Shown: positions 43,941-53,587 of the stretch, one piece after another
Position numbering within the stretch: the stretch's first letter is position 1
How the letters are laid out: each line of letters begins with the position of its first letter
Source of the DNA: Rhodoluna sp.
GTDB taxonomy: Bacteria; Actinomycetota; Actinomycetes; Actinomycetales; Microbacteriaceae
Reading direction: 5' to 3'
Assembly (NCBI GenBank): GCA_040402475.1
Contig: JBBAMM010000003.1
Coordinates: 4,652-68,651, forward strand
Length of the DNA stretch: 64,000 nt
Translations under genes and position numbers: made by a program
The notes under the pieces: model-generated
Database searches by the model: none
What the model was told of the DNA's origin: nothing
What the model saw: the letters and a program-made list of their open reading frames with translations, nothing else

Positions 43941-44798
43941 TTGCAACCTCCTAAAAACCGTTACTCACAAACACCAAACCGGGATTCCAAGAAACCGGCA
44001 GTGAAGGCTGTTAAGGCTAAGAAAGTTCCTAAGCCGGCTCGGAAATTTTCATTTGGTGATTTGGCTCAACGCAGACAAGCCAGCAAGGAAGCACGTAGAT
44101 TTACCAAAGAGTCGAGAGTCAGAAAAGTTTTCCTTAGGTCAGTTGCCTTTTCGTTAGTTGGGTTAGTGCTTTTGGTTCTGGCCACAATGTTTACGCCATT
44201 GCTTTCAATTGACAAGATAACTGTTACCGGAACTTCAAAGGTATCTAACCAAAAAATCCTGGCAATTCTTAAGGAACGAATTGGTTCGCCTTTACCGATG
44301 ATTAGTGAGGCTTCTGTTGCTGAGGACTTATCCCAATTCAAGATGATTGAAAGCATCTCGCTTATCAGCAAACCGCCGCACTCACTTGAGGTTCGAATAA
44401 CGGAGCGAACCCCGATCTCGATTGTTGTTCGTGGCGGTACCAGGTTCTTATACGACCCAGCAGGAGTGAACCTAGGTGTGGCTTCAGGTTATGAGCTTTT
44501 GCCAACCATCATCGTCAACGATGATCCAAAAACTTCGAAGAGTTACGCTCAGGCCATTGATGTGCTGCTAGCGTTACCAGCCCAACTTCTAAAACGCGTT
44601 GCATACATTCAAGCCAAAACAAAGGACAACGTAACACTTCAGCTCAGGGGATACTCTGCTCAAACAATCATTTGGGGAGATTCAAGTCAATCAATTTTGA
44701 AATCGAAAGTCTTGAAAACTTTGCTTGCCAAAACATCAACAAAAGGTAGAGCAACCTTCGATGTTTCTTCTCCTTTGACCCCAAGTGTTATCCATTAG
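43941..44798 (+). CDS. ftsQ: Cell division protein FtsQ/DivIB
   Basis: Basic N-terminus, TM, POTRA (PPHSLEVRITERTP), WG and DVSSP; before ftsZ. Confidence 0.88.
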   Translation: MQPPKNRYSQTPNRDSKKPAVKAVKAKKVPKPARKFSFGDLAQRRQASKEARRFTKESRVRKVFLRSVAFSLVGLVLLVLATMFTPLLSIDKITVTGTSKVSNQKILAILKERIGSPLPMISEASVAEDLSQFKMIESISLISKPPHSLEVRITERTPISIVVRGGTRFLYDPAGVNLGVASGYELLPTIIVNDDPKTSKSYAQAIDVLLALPAQLLKRVAYIQAKTKDNVTLQLRGYSAQTIIWGDSSQSILKSKVLKTLLAKTSTKGRATFDVSSPLTPSVIH

Positions 44799-44807
44799 CC
44801 AGTTTTA

Positions 44808-44815
44808 GACACGCC
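44808..44815 (+). promoter_or_regulatory. GACACGCC, WhiA-type box upstream of ftsZ
   Basis: Recurring intergenic motif; GACAC is the known WhiA core. Confidence 0.55.
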
Positions 44816-44886
44816 TTAGAATCTCCACCAATTTAGGTGCTTTACCGCTTAGTTTCTTGGCGAAACAGCATAAAGTGAACATACTT

Positions 44887-44911
44887 AACCCTCAAGTTGA
44901 GGTTTAAGGTT
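44887..44911. promoter_or_regulatory. Candidate FtsR binding site upstream of ftsZ
   Basis: AACCCTCAAGTTGAGGTTTAAGGTT, imperfect palindrome resembling the actinobacterial ftsZ-promoter FtsR site (from memory). Confidence 0.65.
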
Positions 44912-44941
44912 CGCTAGATGTGGCTTATACGAAGGAAGAAC

Positions 44942-46162
44942 ATGTCAGATCCATTGGTAAACAACTTCTTGGCAGTAATCAAAGTTGTCGGCGTCGGCGG
45001 TGCCGGCGGTAACGCTGTCAACCAGATGATTGAGAAGCGTCTAAGAGGTGTTGAGTTCATTGCAATCAACACAGACGGTCAAGACTTACTGAAATCTGAA
45101 GCACATGTGAAATTAGAAATCGGTGGTTCCAACACTCGTAGCCTCGGAGCCGGTGCTGATCCTGAAGTTGGTCGCAGAGCAGCTGAAGATCACGTAGATG
45201 AGATCGCTGAAGTTCTTCGCGGATCAGACATGGTGTTTGTTGCTGCTGGTGAAGGTGGCGGAACTGGAACTGGTGCTGCACCGGTTGTTGCTCGTATTGC
45301 CAAGCAAGCTGGTGCGTTGACCGTTGGTGTTGTTAGTCGTCCATTTGATTTCGAAGGTAAACGTCGTGCAGAAAATGCACAAGCAGGCATCGATGCTCTT
45401 CGTGCAGAAGTTGACACTTTGATCATCGTTCCAAACCAAAGACTTATTGAACTAAATGATGAAGAACTAAGTTTCACTGACGCGTTCAGCATGGCTGATG
45501 ATGTTCTTCGCGCCGGTGTTCAGGGTATCTCAGATTTGATTACTGAACCAGGTCTTGTGAACCTAGACTTCGCAGACGTGAAATCAGTAATGCAAGGAGC
45601 AGGAACTGCTCTAATGGGTATTGGAACAGCTAAGGGTGAAGACCGTGCAATGCGCGCAGCTGAGCAAGCTATCAACCACCCACTACTTGAAAACAGCATC
45701 GACAATGCTCGCGGCGTTTTGATTCAGTTCGCTGCTGCTTCAAACATGAAGTTGAAAGAAGTAAACGACGCTGCACGTTTGATTCAGGAAGTTGTTCATC
45801 CATCAGCAAACATCATCTTTGGTACATCTATCGATAACGCGCTTGGTGATGAAATTCGCGTAACCGTTATTGGTGCTGGCTTTGATGAAGCTGGACCTCG
45901 TCCAGTGCAGCGAGCAACAGGATTCTCAGCTCCAGTTTCAGGAGCAATTCCGGTTATTGCTGAAGCAGAAGCAATTCTTGAAACAGCTGAAGCACCACTC
46001 TGGTATGCAGGTAACACTGGCTTGATTCCAGTTGCAGTTGAAGAGGAAGAAGAAGTTTTTGTTCAGGTTCAACAAGTAGTTGAAGAGCAGAAGCCATGGG
46101 AGCAGAAGACAAACGCTAGCCGTTTCGACGATGGCTATGACATTCCTGATTTCTTGCAATAG
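44942..46162 (+). CDS. ftsZ: Cell division protein FtsZ
   Basis: GGGTGTG, PFDFEG, NLDFAD, C-terminal DIPDFL. Confidence 0.98.
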   Translation: MSDPLVNNFLAVIKVVGVGGAGGNAVNQMIEKRLRGVEFIAINTDGQDLLKSEAHVKLEIGGSNTRSLGAGADPEVGRRAAEDHVDEIAEVLRGSDMVFVAAGEGGGTGTGAAPVVARIAKQAGALTVGVVSRPFDFEGKRRAENAQAGIDALRAEVDTLIIVPNQRLIELNDEELSFTDAFSMADDVLRAGVQGISDLITEPGLVNLDFADVKSVMQGAGTALMGIGTAKGEDRAMRAAEQAINHPLLENSIDNARGVLIQFAAASNMKLKEVNDAARLIQEVVHPSANIIFGTSIDNALGDEIRVTVIGAGFDEAGPRPVQRATGFSAPVSGAIPVIAEAEAILETAEAPLWYAGNTGLIPVAVEEEEEVFVQVQQVVEEQKPWEQKTNASRFDDGYDIPDFLQ

Positions 46163-46165
46163 GAA

Positions 46166-46861
46166 ATGACTCAACTAACCCTCGCTGAACGTCTTACTGA
46201 GGTTCATGCTCGGATTGATCAAGCAGCCCAAGAAGCTAATCGTCAATCAGATGAGATTCAGTTAGTCATTGTTTCTAAAAATCATCCTGCAGATTTAGTT
46301 CTAGAGCTTCTAAAACTGGGCGAATCTAATTTTGGCGAGAACAAAGATCAAGAAGCTTCTGCCAAGGCAGAGCAAGTTAAGTTATCAAACCAATCTGGTC
46401 TTGAGCCAACCTGGCACTTTGTTGGGCAACTGCAATCCAACAAGGTCAAATCGATGCTGACATACAGCAAGGTGCTGCACTCGCTGGATAGACCGTCACT
46501 CTTGAATGAGTTAGTGAAACAGCTTGCTAAGGATCCTGAGAGCCAGCTAGATGTCTTTATTGAGCTCAACCTAACGGGAGATCCTGGGCGAGGCGGAATA
46601 CTCCCAGAGGCCTTGTTGTCATTTGCTGAAACCGTTCTTGAAGCTAAACAGTTGAATCTATTAGGGGTTATGGGTGTTGCTGGCCTTGAGGGAACCGCTG
46701 CCTCATATTTCGAAACTATTGCTAAATCAAGCGAAGAACTTAGAACAATTGCTCCTCAAGCCAAATTCATCTCCGCCGGTATGTCAGGGGACTACGAAGA
46801 GGCAATTAGGCATGGTGCGACACACTTACGAATTGGTACCGCAATAACTGGAAACCGCTAG
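46166..46861 (+). CDS. yggS: PLP homeostasis protein YggS
   Basis: VSKNH, FGEN, HFVGQLQSNK, SAGMSGD, RIGTAI. Confidence 0.95.
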   Translation: MTQLTLAERLTEVHARIDQAAQEANRQSDEIQLVIVSKNHPADLVLELLKLGESNFGENKDQEASAKAEQVKLSNQSGLEPTWHFVGQLQSNKVKSMLTYSKVLHSLDRPSLLNELVKQLAKDPESQLDVFIELNLTGDPGRGGILPEALLSFAETVLEAKQLNLLGVMGVAGLEGTAASYFETIAKSSEELRTIAPQAKFISAGMSGDYEEAIRHGATHLRIGTAITGNR

Positions 46862-46910
46862 TTTCCGCCTTAATCTAGGGATATCGGGGTTTTAGACCAA
46901 AGGAGATGCC

Positions 46911-47330
46911 ATGTCAGGTGCAATTGACTGGGTTAAAGAGTTCTTTTCACTAGGCGGCACTAAGCCACCTCAAGCGGCACGAAGTTCTGCCCCTAAGACT
47001 GAGTCACGAGCTCGAGCAGTTCGACCTCAAAGAAGAGGCTACGAAGTTTCAAGCATTGAAACAGTGCAACCAAATACTTACGCAGACGCAGGAATGATCG
47101 CAGAAGTTCTTCGCGATTCAGTTCCAGTTATCGTCAACGTTGTGAATCTAAGCGATTCAGACACTAGAAGACTTGTTGACTTCATGTCAGGTCTGAAGGC
47201 TGGTCTGCAGGCAGAGTCAAAGCGTGTGGCAGAGCATGTTTACTTGCTAGCTCCTCTAGGTGTTGACATTGATGGTGATTCAGACGAGGTCCTCGAAGCC
47301 GAAAGCGATCGTCTGATCATTCGTCCATAA
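46911..47330 (+). CDS. sepF: Cell division protein SepF
   Basis: P.TYADA, PVIVN, RRLVDFMSGL, VYLLAP. Confidence 0.9.
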   Translation: MSGAIDWVKEFFSLGGTKPPQAARSSAPKTESRARAVRPQRRGYEVSSIETVQPNTYADAGMIAEVLRDSVPVIVNVVNLSDSDTRRLVDFMSGLKAGLQAESKRVAEHVYLLAPLGVDIDGDSDEVLEAESDRLIIRP

Positions 47331-47342
47331 GTAAAGCGCTTC

Positions 47343-47630
47343 ATGCCTCAAATTGCTGCAATCCTTATTTGGGTAATAGATATTTTCCGTATTGTCCTGT
47401 TGGGCCGAATCATTTTGGATTGGATAAGGGCATACAACCCCAGATTCAGACCAAAAGGTATTTTCTTAGCACTTGCAGAGACTGCCTATCTACTAACTGA
47501 CTGGATTGTGAAGCCACTTTCTAGGATTATCAAGCCCATCAAAGTTGGTGGGGGTTACCTAGATCTATCGATATTCGTGCTATTTCTGGCCCTAGGGCTA
47601 ATTGACGGGTTGTTAGCAACACTCACATAG
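47343..47630 (+). CDS. YggT/YlmG membrane protein
   Basis: RIILDW, RPKG, T....PL....P...GG..LDLS; between sepF and divIVA. Confidence 0.88.
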   Translation: MPQIAAILIWVIDIFRIVLLGRIILDWIRAYNPRFRPKGIFLALAETAYLLTDWIVKPLSRIIKPIKVGGGYLDLSIFVLFLALGLIDGLLATLT

Positions 47631-47707
47631 CTCGACAAGGTAGGGTAGCCTTAACTTTTGACCGCGGTCATTATTTGTTTATGACCAATGAGAACAGGGA
47701 GAATCTG

Positions 47708-48358
47708 ATGCCTTTAACTCCAGAAGATGTAGTTAATAAGCGTTTTCAACCTACAAAATTCCGTGAAGGTTACGACCAGGATGAGGTTGATGACTTTCTA
47801 GACGAGATCGTTCTAGAAATGCGCAAGCTAACTCAAGAGAACGAAGAACTTCGTCAACGAGTTCTTGCTGCTGACGGACGTATCGCTGAACTACAGAGAA
47901 GCGGAGCTTCACTGGTGCAGCAGGTTAACTCCGCAGAAGCATCTATTCCTGAGTCGACAACTCCAAACAATGCCTTCCCTGAAGCTGTAAAGGACATGAG
48001 TGCCTTCGAAGCTAACAACACCAACAACTTGCTGCAGTTGGCACGCAAGTTGCATGAAGAGCACGTTCGTGAAGGTTTGCAGAAGCGCGACGCGCTCATC
48101 GCTGAAGGACATGCAACAGCAGCACGTATTGTTCGTGAAGCAGAAGCTCAGCACAAGGCTGACATGAGCAGACTTGAGCAAGAGAAGGCACTAGCCGAGA
48201 ACGACGTTGAACGTTTGCAGAACTTCGAAAAAGAGTACCGTGCAAAGCTGAAGTCATACATTGAAGGTCAGCTAAGCGATCTTGAAGCAGCCGGCACCTC
48301 AACTCAGAAGGTTCCAACTTCACCGACTCAGATCACTAACGCCACTTTTAAAATCTGA
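47708..48358 (+). CDS. divIVA: DivIVA (Wag31)
   Basis: MPLTPEDV.NKRF, GYDQDEVDDFLD, coiled coil, FEKEYR..LKSYIE.QL. Confidence 0.95.
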   Translation: MPLTPEDVVNKRFQPTKFREGYDQDEVDDFLDEIVLEMRKLTQENEELRQRVLAADGRIAELQRSGASLVQQVNSAEASIPESTTPNNAFPEAVKDMSAFEANNTNNLLQLARKLHEEHVREGLQKRDALIAEGHATAARIVREAEAQHKADMSRLEQEKALAENDVERLQNFEKEYRAKLKSYIEGQLSDLEAAGTSTQKVPTSPTQITNATFKI

Positions 48359-48363
48359 GTTAG

Positions 48364-48870
48364 TTGAAAAACTCAACCTCAACACCAAAGGCTAAGGGCA
48401 AGTATTTGTTCTTGAGCATTGCGCTAGCTGTTATCTTCATAGATCAACTAACTAAGTTCCTTGCAGTTCATTTTCTAAGCCCATACGAACCTGTTCCAAT
48501 TCTTGGCGAATTACTTCATTTCACTTTGGCTTTTAATTCGAAGGCAGCTTTTTCTATAGGTCCTGCTAGCACCTGGGTATTCACAATCATTTCAAGCCTT
48601 GCGACCCTGGCATTACTTTGGTTTGGTCCAAAGTTTAGAACTAGGCAGTGGCTAGTTCTAGGTGGCTTTGCTTTGGGTGGGGTTGTTGGAAACCTAATTG
48701 ATCGACTGGTTCGAGACCCTGGTTTTCCTAATGGCCACGTAGTGGACTTTATTCAGATTCCTTTCAACTTTCCAGTTTTCAACGTAGCTGACATGGCTAT
48801 CTCTATTTCAGCTGCATTGATTGCTTTGCGAGTTATTCGAGGCGATCGCATCGGCGGCAAGAATGACTGA
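48364..48870 (+). CDS. lspA: Lipoprotein signal peptidase
   Basis: DQLTK, N..AAFS, GNLIDR, VVDF, FNVAD. Confidence 0.95.
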   Translation: MKNSTSTPKAKGKYLFLSIALAVIFIDQLTKFLAVHFLSPYEPVPILGELLHFTLAFNSKAAFSIGPASTWVFTIISSLATLALLWFGPKFRTRQWLVLGGFALGGVVGNLIDRLVRDPGFPNGHVVDFIQIPFNFPVFNVADMAISISAALIALRVIRGDRIGGKND

Positions 48871-49789
48871 GCAACGCTTAGTTCAAGTCCCTGAAGGTCT
48901 AGCTGGTTCTAGGGCTGATGCCGGCATTGCTAAGTTACTTGGGATGTCGAGATCTGCTGTTGCAGACATGATTACCGAAGGTTTAGTTGAACAAAACGAT
49001 GTTGTCCTTTCAAAATCTGATTCACTGATTGCTGATGCTTGGTTGAAGGTAATGCTTCCTAAGCCAAAAGTTTCCCTGCAGTTAGTTGCAGAAAATGTTG
49101 AAGGTTTAGTTGTCGTGTATCAAGATCACGACATAGTCGTAGTTGATAAACCAGCAGGTGTTGCAGCCCATCCTTCTGTTGGATGGGCTGGTCCAAGTGT
49201 TGGTGGTGCATTACTTGCCTTAGGTATTGAAATGTCCACCAGTGGTGTTGCTGAGCGTCAAGGAATCGTTTCGCGACTAGATGTTGGTACCAGTGGTTTG
49301 ATGGTTCTTACTAAGACAGAGATTGCTTATTCCAGAATGAAGCAAGCTTTTCGCGATCGAGTGGTTGATAAGACCTACCATGCACTTGTTCAAGGCCATC
49401 CAGATCCAAGTGCTGGAACCATTGATGCTCCACTTGGTAGACATCTCAAACACGAATATAAGTTCACTGTCTCACCTGAAGGTAAACCTTCGGTAACCCA
49501 TTACAAGACCTTGGAAGCGTTCTCAGCGGCATCGCTTTTAGAGATTGAACTGGAGACCGGTAGAACTCATCAGATCAGAGTGCACTTCTCAGCTTTCAAA
49601 CATCCTTTGGTAGGTGACACACTTTACGGCTGTGACCCAAAGCTTGCTGCCAAGTTAGGCATGGAAAGACAGTGGCTTCATGCCATGAGGCTTGGCTTTA
49701 TGCATCCAACTAAAGGGGAGTATGTGAGCTTTGAGAGCACATACCCTAAAGACCTGTCAGATTCTTTAGCCATCCTTCGCGGCGAGTAA
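48863..49789 (+). CDS. rluD: RluA/RluD-family pseudouridine synthase
   Basis: S4 domain, DKPAG, RLDVGTSG, TGRTHQIRVH, LHA. Confidence 0.92.
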   Translation: MTEQRLVQVPEGLAGSRADAGIAKLLGMSRSAVADMITEGLVEQNDVVLSKSDSLIADAWLKVMLPKPKVSLQLVAENVEGLVVVYQDHDIVVVDKPAGVAAHPSVGWAGPSVGGALLALGIEMSTSGVAERQGIVSRLDVGTSGLMVLTKTEIAYSRMKQAFRDRVVDKTYHALVQGHPDPSAGTIDAPLGRHLKHEYKFTVSPEGKPSVTHYKTLEAFSAASLLEIELETGRTHQIRVHFSAFKHPLVGDTLYGCDPKLAAKLGMERQWLHAMRLGFMHPTKGEYVSFESTYPKDLSDSLAILRGE

Positions 49790-49879
49790 AGCCTCGGCGG
49801 AGTGGCAAACTAGGTTTGACTAAGGTCAGATTAGGCTATTTGCCCTAAGCCTTAAAATTCAGAGAAAAGTTCAACATCA

Positions 49880-52800
49880 ATGTCCAGTAACAGTGAAAAC
49901 TTTGTTCACTTACACGTGCACACTGATTATTCGATGCTTGATGGGGCAGCCAAGGTTGATCAACTTTTAGATAAAGCCGTTGAATTCAAAATGCCGGCTA
50001 TCGCTATTACCGATCACGGCAATAACTTTGGAGCTTTTGACTTCTGGGAGCAGGCAACCAAGAAAGGCATTAAGCCGATCATTGGCATTGAAGCTTATTT
50101 AGCACCTGGTTCAAGACTGGATAAGTCCCGAACCTATTGGGCTGATGGTGGTGATGATGACTTATCTAAAGGTGCTTATTCACACCTAACCATGCTCTCA
50201 ACTGATAACGACAGCATGCTAAATCTATTCAAGCTTTCTTCCTATGCATGGCTTGATGGCTATTACTTCCAGCCACGTATGGATAGAGAACTCCTATCTA
50301 AATATGCGAAAGGAATCATTGCTACCTCAGGATGTGCCAGTGGTGAAGTGCAAACTCGTTTGCGTCTGGGTCAATACAAAGAGGCACTAGAAACCGCTGC
50401 TGAGTTTAGAGATATTTTCGGTAAAGAAAACTACTTCATCGAAATCATGGACCACGGTGCCAGCGTTGAACGCAGAAGCTTCAGCGATCTGATTAAGTTA
50501 TCCAAAGGCCTAGGCATTCCATTAGTTGCCACCAATGATCTTCACTACACCGAACCAGGTCACGCAGATGCTCAAGAAGCGCTGCTCTGTGTTCAAACCG
50601 GTACCAAGCTAAACGATGAACGTAGATTCAAATTCGATGGTGAAGGTTATTACCTAAAGAGTGCACGTCAGATGCGCGAACTGTTCGCAGAATTCCCAGA
50701 GGCATGCGATAACACCTTGCTTATCGCAGAGCGTGCAGACATCAGCTTTGCTAAACGTAACCTGATGCCAAGATTTGATGTCCCAGCAGGGGATACCGAG
50801 GCCAGTTGGTTTGAAAAAGAGGTAGCTCGAGGTATGCGTGAGCGTTTCGGTGAAAACATCGAAGCCGAGTATCGCGAGCGCGTTGCATTCGAAATTCAAG
50901 TTATTAACAACATGAACTTCCCAGGTTATTTCCTAGTTGTTGCTGACTTTATTGCTTGGGCAAGAGCTCAAGGCATCAGAGTTGGCCCTGGTCGTGGTTC
51001 GGCAGCTGGATCACTTGTTGCCTATGCACTTGGTATTACTGCTCTAGACCCAATCAAATACGGATTGCTTTTTGAAAGATTCTTGAACCCAGCACGTGTT
51101 AGCTTGCCTGATATCGATGTTGACTTCGACGATCGCAGACGTGGTGAAGTTATCCGTTATGTCACTCAAAAATATGGTGATGACCGAGTTGCCCAGATTA
51201 TTACCTACGGAACTATTAAGGCCAAGCAGAGCCTTAAAGATGCTGCACGTGTTCTTGGTATGGATTATTCGGTTGGTGAAAAACTTACCAAGGCAATGCC
51301 TCGCATGGTCTTAGGAAAAGATATGACCCTAGGGGAAATGGTTGAAGACCCTAAGCAAAAATCCGCAGTTGAAACTGTTGTTGAGGATAGCTTCGAAGAA
51401 TTTGATGAAGATCCAATTGAATTCGAACCAATAGCAATTGCTGCAGCTGCTACCGATTCCAAGAGTCGCTATAAGGAAGCAGCAGAGTTCAGAAAGATTC
51501 TCGAAGAAGATCCTGATGCTAGAAAAGTTTTTGATTTAGCCAGAGGACTAGAAGGTCTGAAACGTCAGACGAGCGTGCATGCTGCTGGTGTAATCATGTC
51601 TGCAGAGCCACTCTTAGATGTCATTCCTGTTATTCGACGTGATGATGACGGTGCTGTGATTACAGCTTTCGCCCAACATCCGTGTGAAGAACTCGGGCTT
51701 GTGAAGATGGACTTCCTAGGTCTTCGTAACTTGACTGTTCTGGATAAAGCAATTGAGAACGCTCAATCGAACCGAGGAATAACAGTTGTTTTGGAAGATC
51801 TTGATTTAGATGGCGATGAAACAACTTACGAGATGCTCTCCAGAGGTGACACTCTAGGTGTCTTCCAGCTCGATGGTGGTCAGATGCGTTCACTGTTGAG
51901 GTTGCTAAAGCCAACTAAGTTCGAACACATCTCGGCTGCTATTGCTTTGTATCGACCTGGACCTATGGGTATGGGTTCTCATACTTCTTATGCTCAACGT
52001 AAAAATGGCAAGGAGAAGAATGAGCCAATCCATCCTTCACTTGAACACCCTTTAGCAGAGGTGCTTGATCCGACATATGGTTTGATCGTTTACCAAGAGC
52101 AGGTAATGGCGGTTGCTCAGAAAGTAGCGAACTTCAGTCTCTCTCAAGCAGACGAGTTACGTCGAGCTATGGGTAAGAAGAAGAAAGATGAACTGGATGC
52201 TCAGTTCGCTAACTTCTCTGCCGGTATGAAACAAAACGGCTATGTTGATGATGCCATCAACAAGCTCTGGGAAACTCTGCTTCCATTTGCTGACTATGCC
52301 TTCAACAAAGCACACAGTGCTGCCTACGGCGTGCTTTCTTATTGGACTGCATATATGAAGGCAAACTTCCCTCAGGAATACATGGCAGCACTGCTAACTT
52401 CTGTTCGAAGTTCCAGAGATCGGCTAAGTGTTTATCTAAGTGAGGCAAGAAGAGCTGGTATCCAGGTGTTAGCTCCTGATGTGAATGACTCGATTGCAGA
52501 TTTCCGAGCAGTTGGTAAAGACATCAGGTTCGGCCTTGAAGCGGTTAGAAATGTTGGCTTGGGAGTTGTTCAAGAAATAGTTGCAACTCGAGAAACAAAG
52601 GGAAGATTCGAATCTTTCCAAGACTTTGTTTCTAAAGTCCCAGCTTCTGTGTGCACTAAGAAAGTTATCGAGTCGCTAATCAAAGCTGGGGCATTTGATT
52701 CCTTTGGCGTTACTCGCAGAGCTTTATTTGAAGCTCATGAGCAGATCATAGAAGCAGAACTTAAGGCTAAGAAATCTAAGTCAACAGGAGACGCAGACCT

Positions 52801-53587
52801 ATTTGATGATTTTGAAAGTGATGAAACCAATCACAAGATTGCAAACCTTGCGGAATGGCCACAGCGACAGCTACTGAGCCTTGAGCGAGAGATGCTAGGC
52901 CTTTATGTGAGTGCTCATCCACTGCAAGGAGCTGAAAGCAGACTTAGATCAAGCGCCACTGAAACCATCGCCTCTTTCAATGAACGGAAAAACTTTGTTG
53001 ATGCAGAGCCAGTGACATTAGCTGGATTGATCACCAACATTGAGGTCAAGACCGCAAGATCATCTGGAAATATCTATGCCAATGTCACTATCGAGGATCT
53101 TGATGCAGAGATTACTCTGATGATCTTTAGTAAGACCTATCAAGAGAATCTTTCTAAGTTAAACGTAGATTCGATTGTTGCGGTCAGAGGAAGAATGCGT
53201 CCTAGGGACGATGGCTTCGCTATGAATGTGAATGAAATTGCTGTTCTAGAAAAAGAAGATTCAAGATTTGCTGGACCATTGAAAGTAGTTATTGCCGAGC
53301 ACTTAGCAACAAAGGCGAACATTGAATTGCTTGACAAAATATTTACCCGTTACCCAGGTCAAACAGAAGTGCAGCTGTTACTTAGAACTACTGATGGCTC
53401 AACGCCTTATCGCCTCAAGCACAAGGTTTTTGTGAGCGATCCATTGATTTCTGAAATCAAGCAACACTTTGGCACGAGTGCACTAGATGCACTTCCTGCA
53501 CCTCAAGAAGATTTAGCTCAGGCGCTCGCCGGGGACGACGTAGCCTCTGTGGTGGTAGAGCAAGCTGGGGAGCTCTTCGGCCAGTAA
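49880..53587 (+). CDS. dnaE: DNA polymerase III alpha subunit (DnaE1)
   Basis: PHP HLHVHTDYSMLDG, TDHG, NDLH; GRGSAAGS, PDIDVDF, KMDFLGL, FNKAHS; OB fold. Confidence 0.98.
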   Translation: MSSNSENFVHLHVHTDYSMLDGAAKVDQLLDKAVEFKMPAIAITDHGNNFGAFDFWEQATKKGIKPIIGIEAYLAPGSRLDKSRTYWADGGDDDLSKGAYSHLTMLSTDNDSMLNLFKLSSYAWLDGYYFQPRMDRELLSKYAKGIIATSGCASGEVQTRLRLGQYKEALETAAEFRDIFGKENYFIEIMDHGASVERRSFSDLIKLSKGLGIPLVATNDLHYTEPGHADAQEALLCVQTGTKLNDERRFKFDGEGYYLKSARQMRELFAEFPEACDNTLLIAERADISFAKRNLMPRFDVPAGDTEASWFEKEVARGMRERFGENIEAEYRERVAFEIQVINNMNFPGYFLVVADFIAWARAQGIRVGPGRGSAAGSLVAYALGITALDPIKYGLLFERFLNPARVSLPDIDVDFDDRRRGEVIRYVTQKYGDDRVAQIITYGTIKAKQSLKDAARVLGMDYSVGEKLTKAMPRMVLGKDMTLGEMVEDPKQKSAVETVVEDSFEEFDEDPIEFEPIAIAAAATDSKSRYKEAAEFRKILEEDPDARKVFDLARGLEGLKRQTSVHAAGVIMSAEPLLDVIPVIRRDDDGAVITAFAQHPCEELGLVKMDFLGLRNLTVLDKAIENAQSNRGITVVLEDLDLDGDETTYEMLSRGDTLGVFQLDGGQMRSLLRLLKPTKFEHISAAIALYRPGPMGMGSHTSYAQRKNGKEKNEPIHPSLEHPLAEVLDPTYGLIVYQEQVMAVAQKVANFSLSQADELRRAMGKKKKDELDAQFANFSAGMKQNGYVDDAINKLWETLLPFADYAFNKAHSAAYGVLSYWTAYMKANFPQEYMAALLTSVRSSRDRLSVYLSEARRAGIQVLAPDVNDSIADFRAVGKDIRFGLEAVRNVGLGVVQEIVATRETKGRFESFQDFVSKVPASVCTKKVIESLIKAGAFDSFGVTRRALFEAHEQIIEAELKAKKSKSTGDADLFDDFESDETNHKIANLAEWPQRQLLSLEREMLGLYVSAHPLQGAESRLRSSATETIASFNERKNFVDAEPVTLAGLITNIEVKTARSSGNIYANVTIEDLDAEITLMIFSKTYQENLSKLNVDSIVAVRGRMRPRDDGFAMNVNEIAVLEKEDSRFAGPLKVVIAEHLATKANIELLDKIFTRYPGQTEVQLLLRTTDGSTPYRLKHKVFVSDPLISEIKQHFGTSALDALPAPQEDLAQALAGDDVASVVVEQAGELFGQ

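Noticed and set aside
51350-51460. Intein in DnaE
   Set aside because: Far too short and lacks splicing motifs
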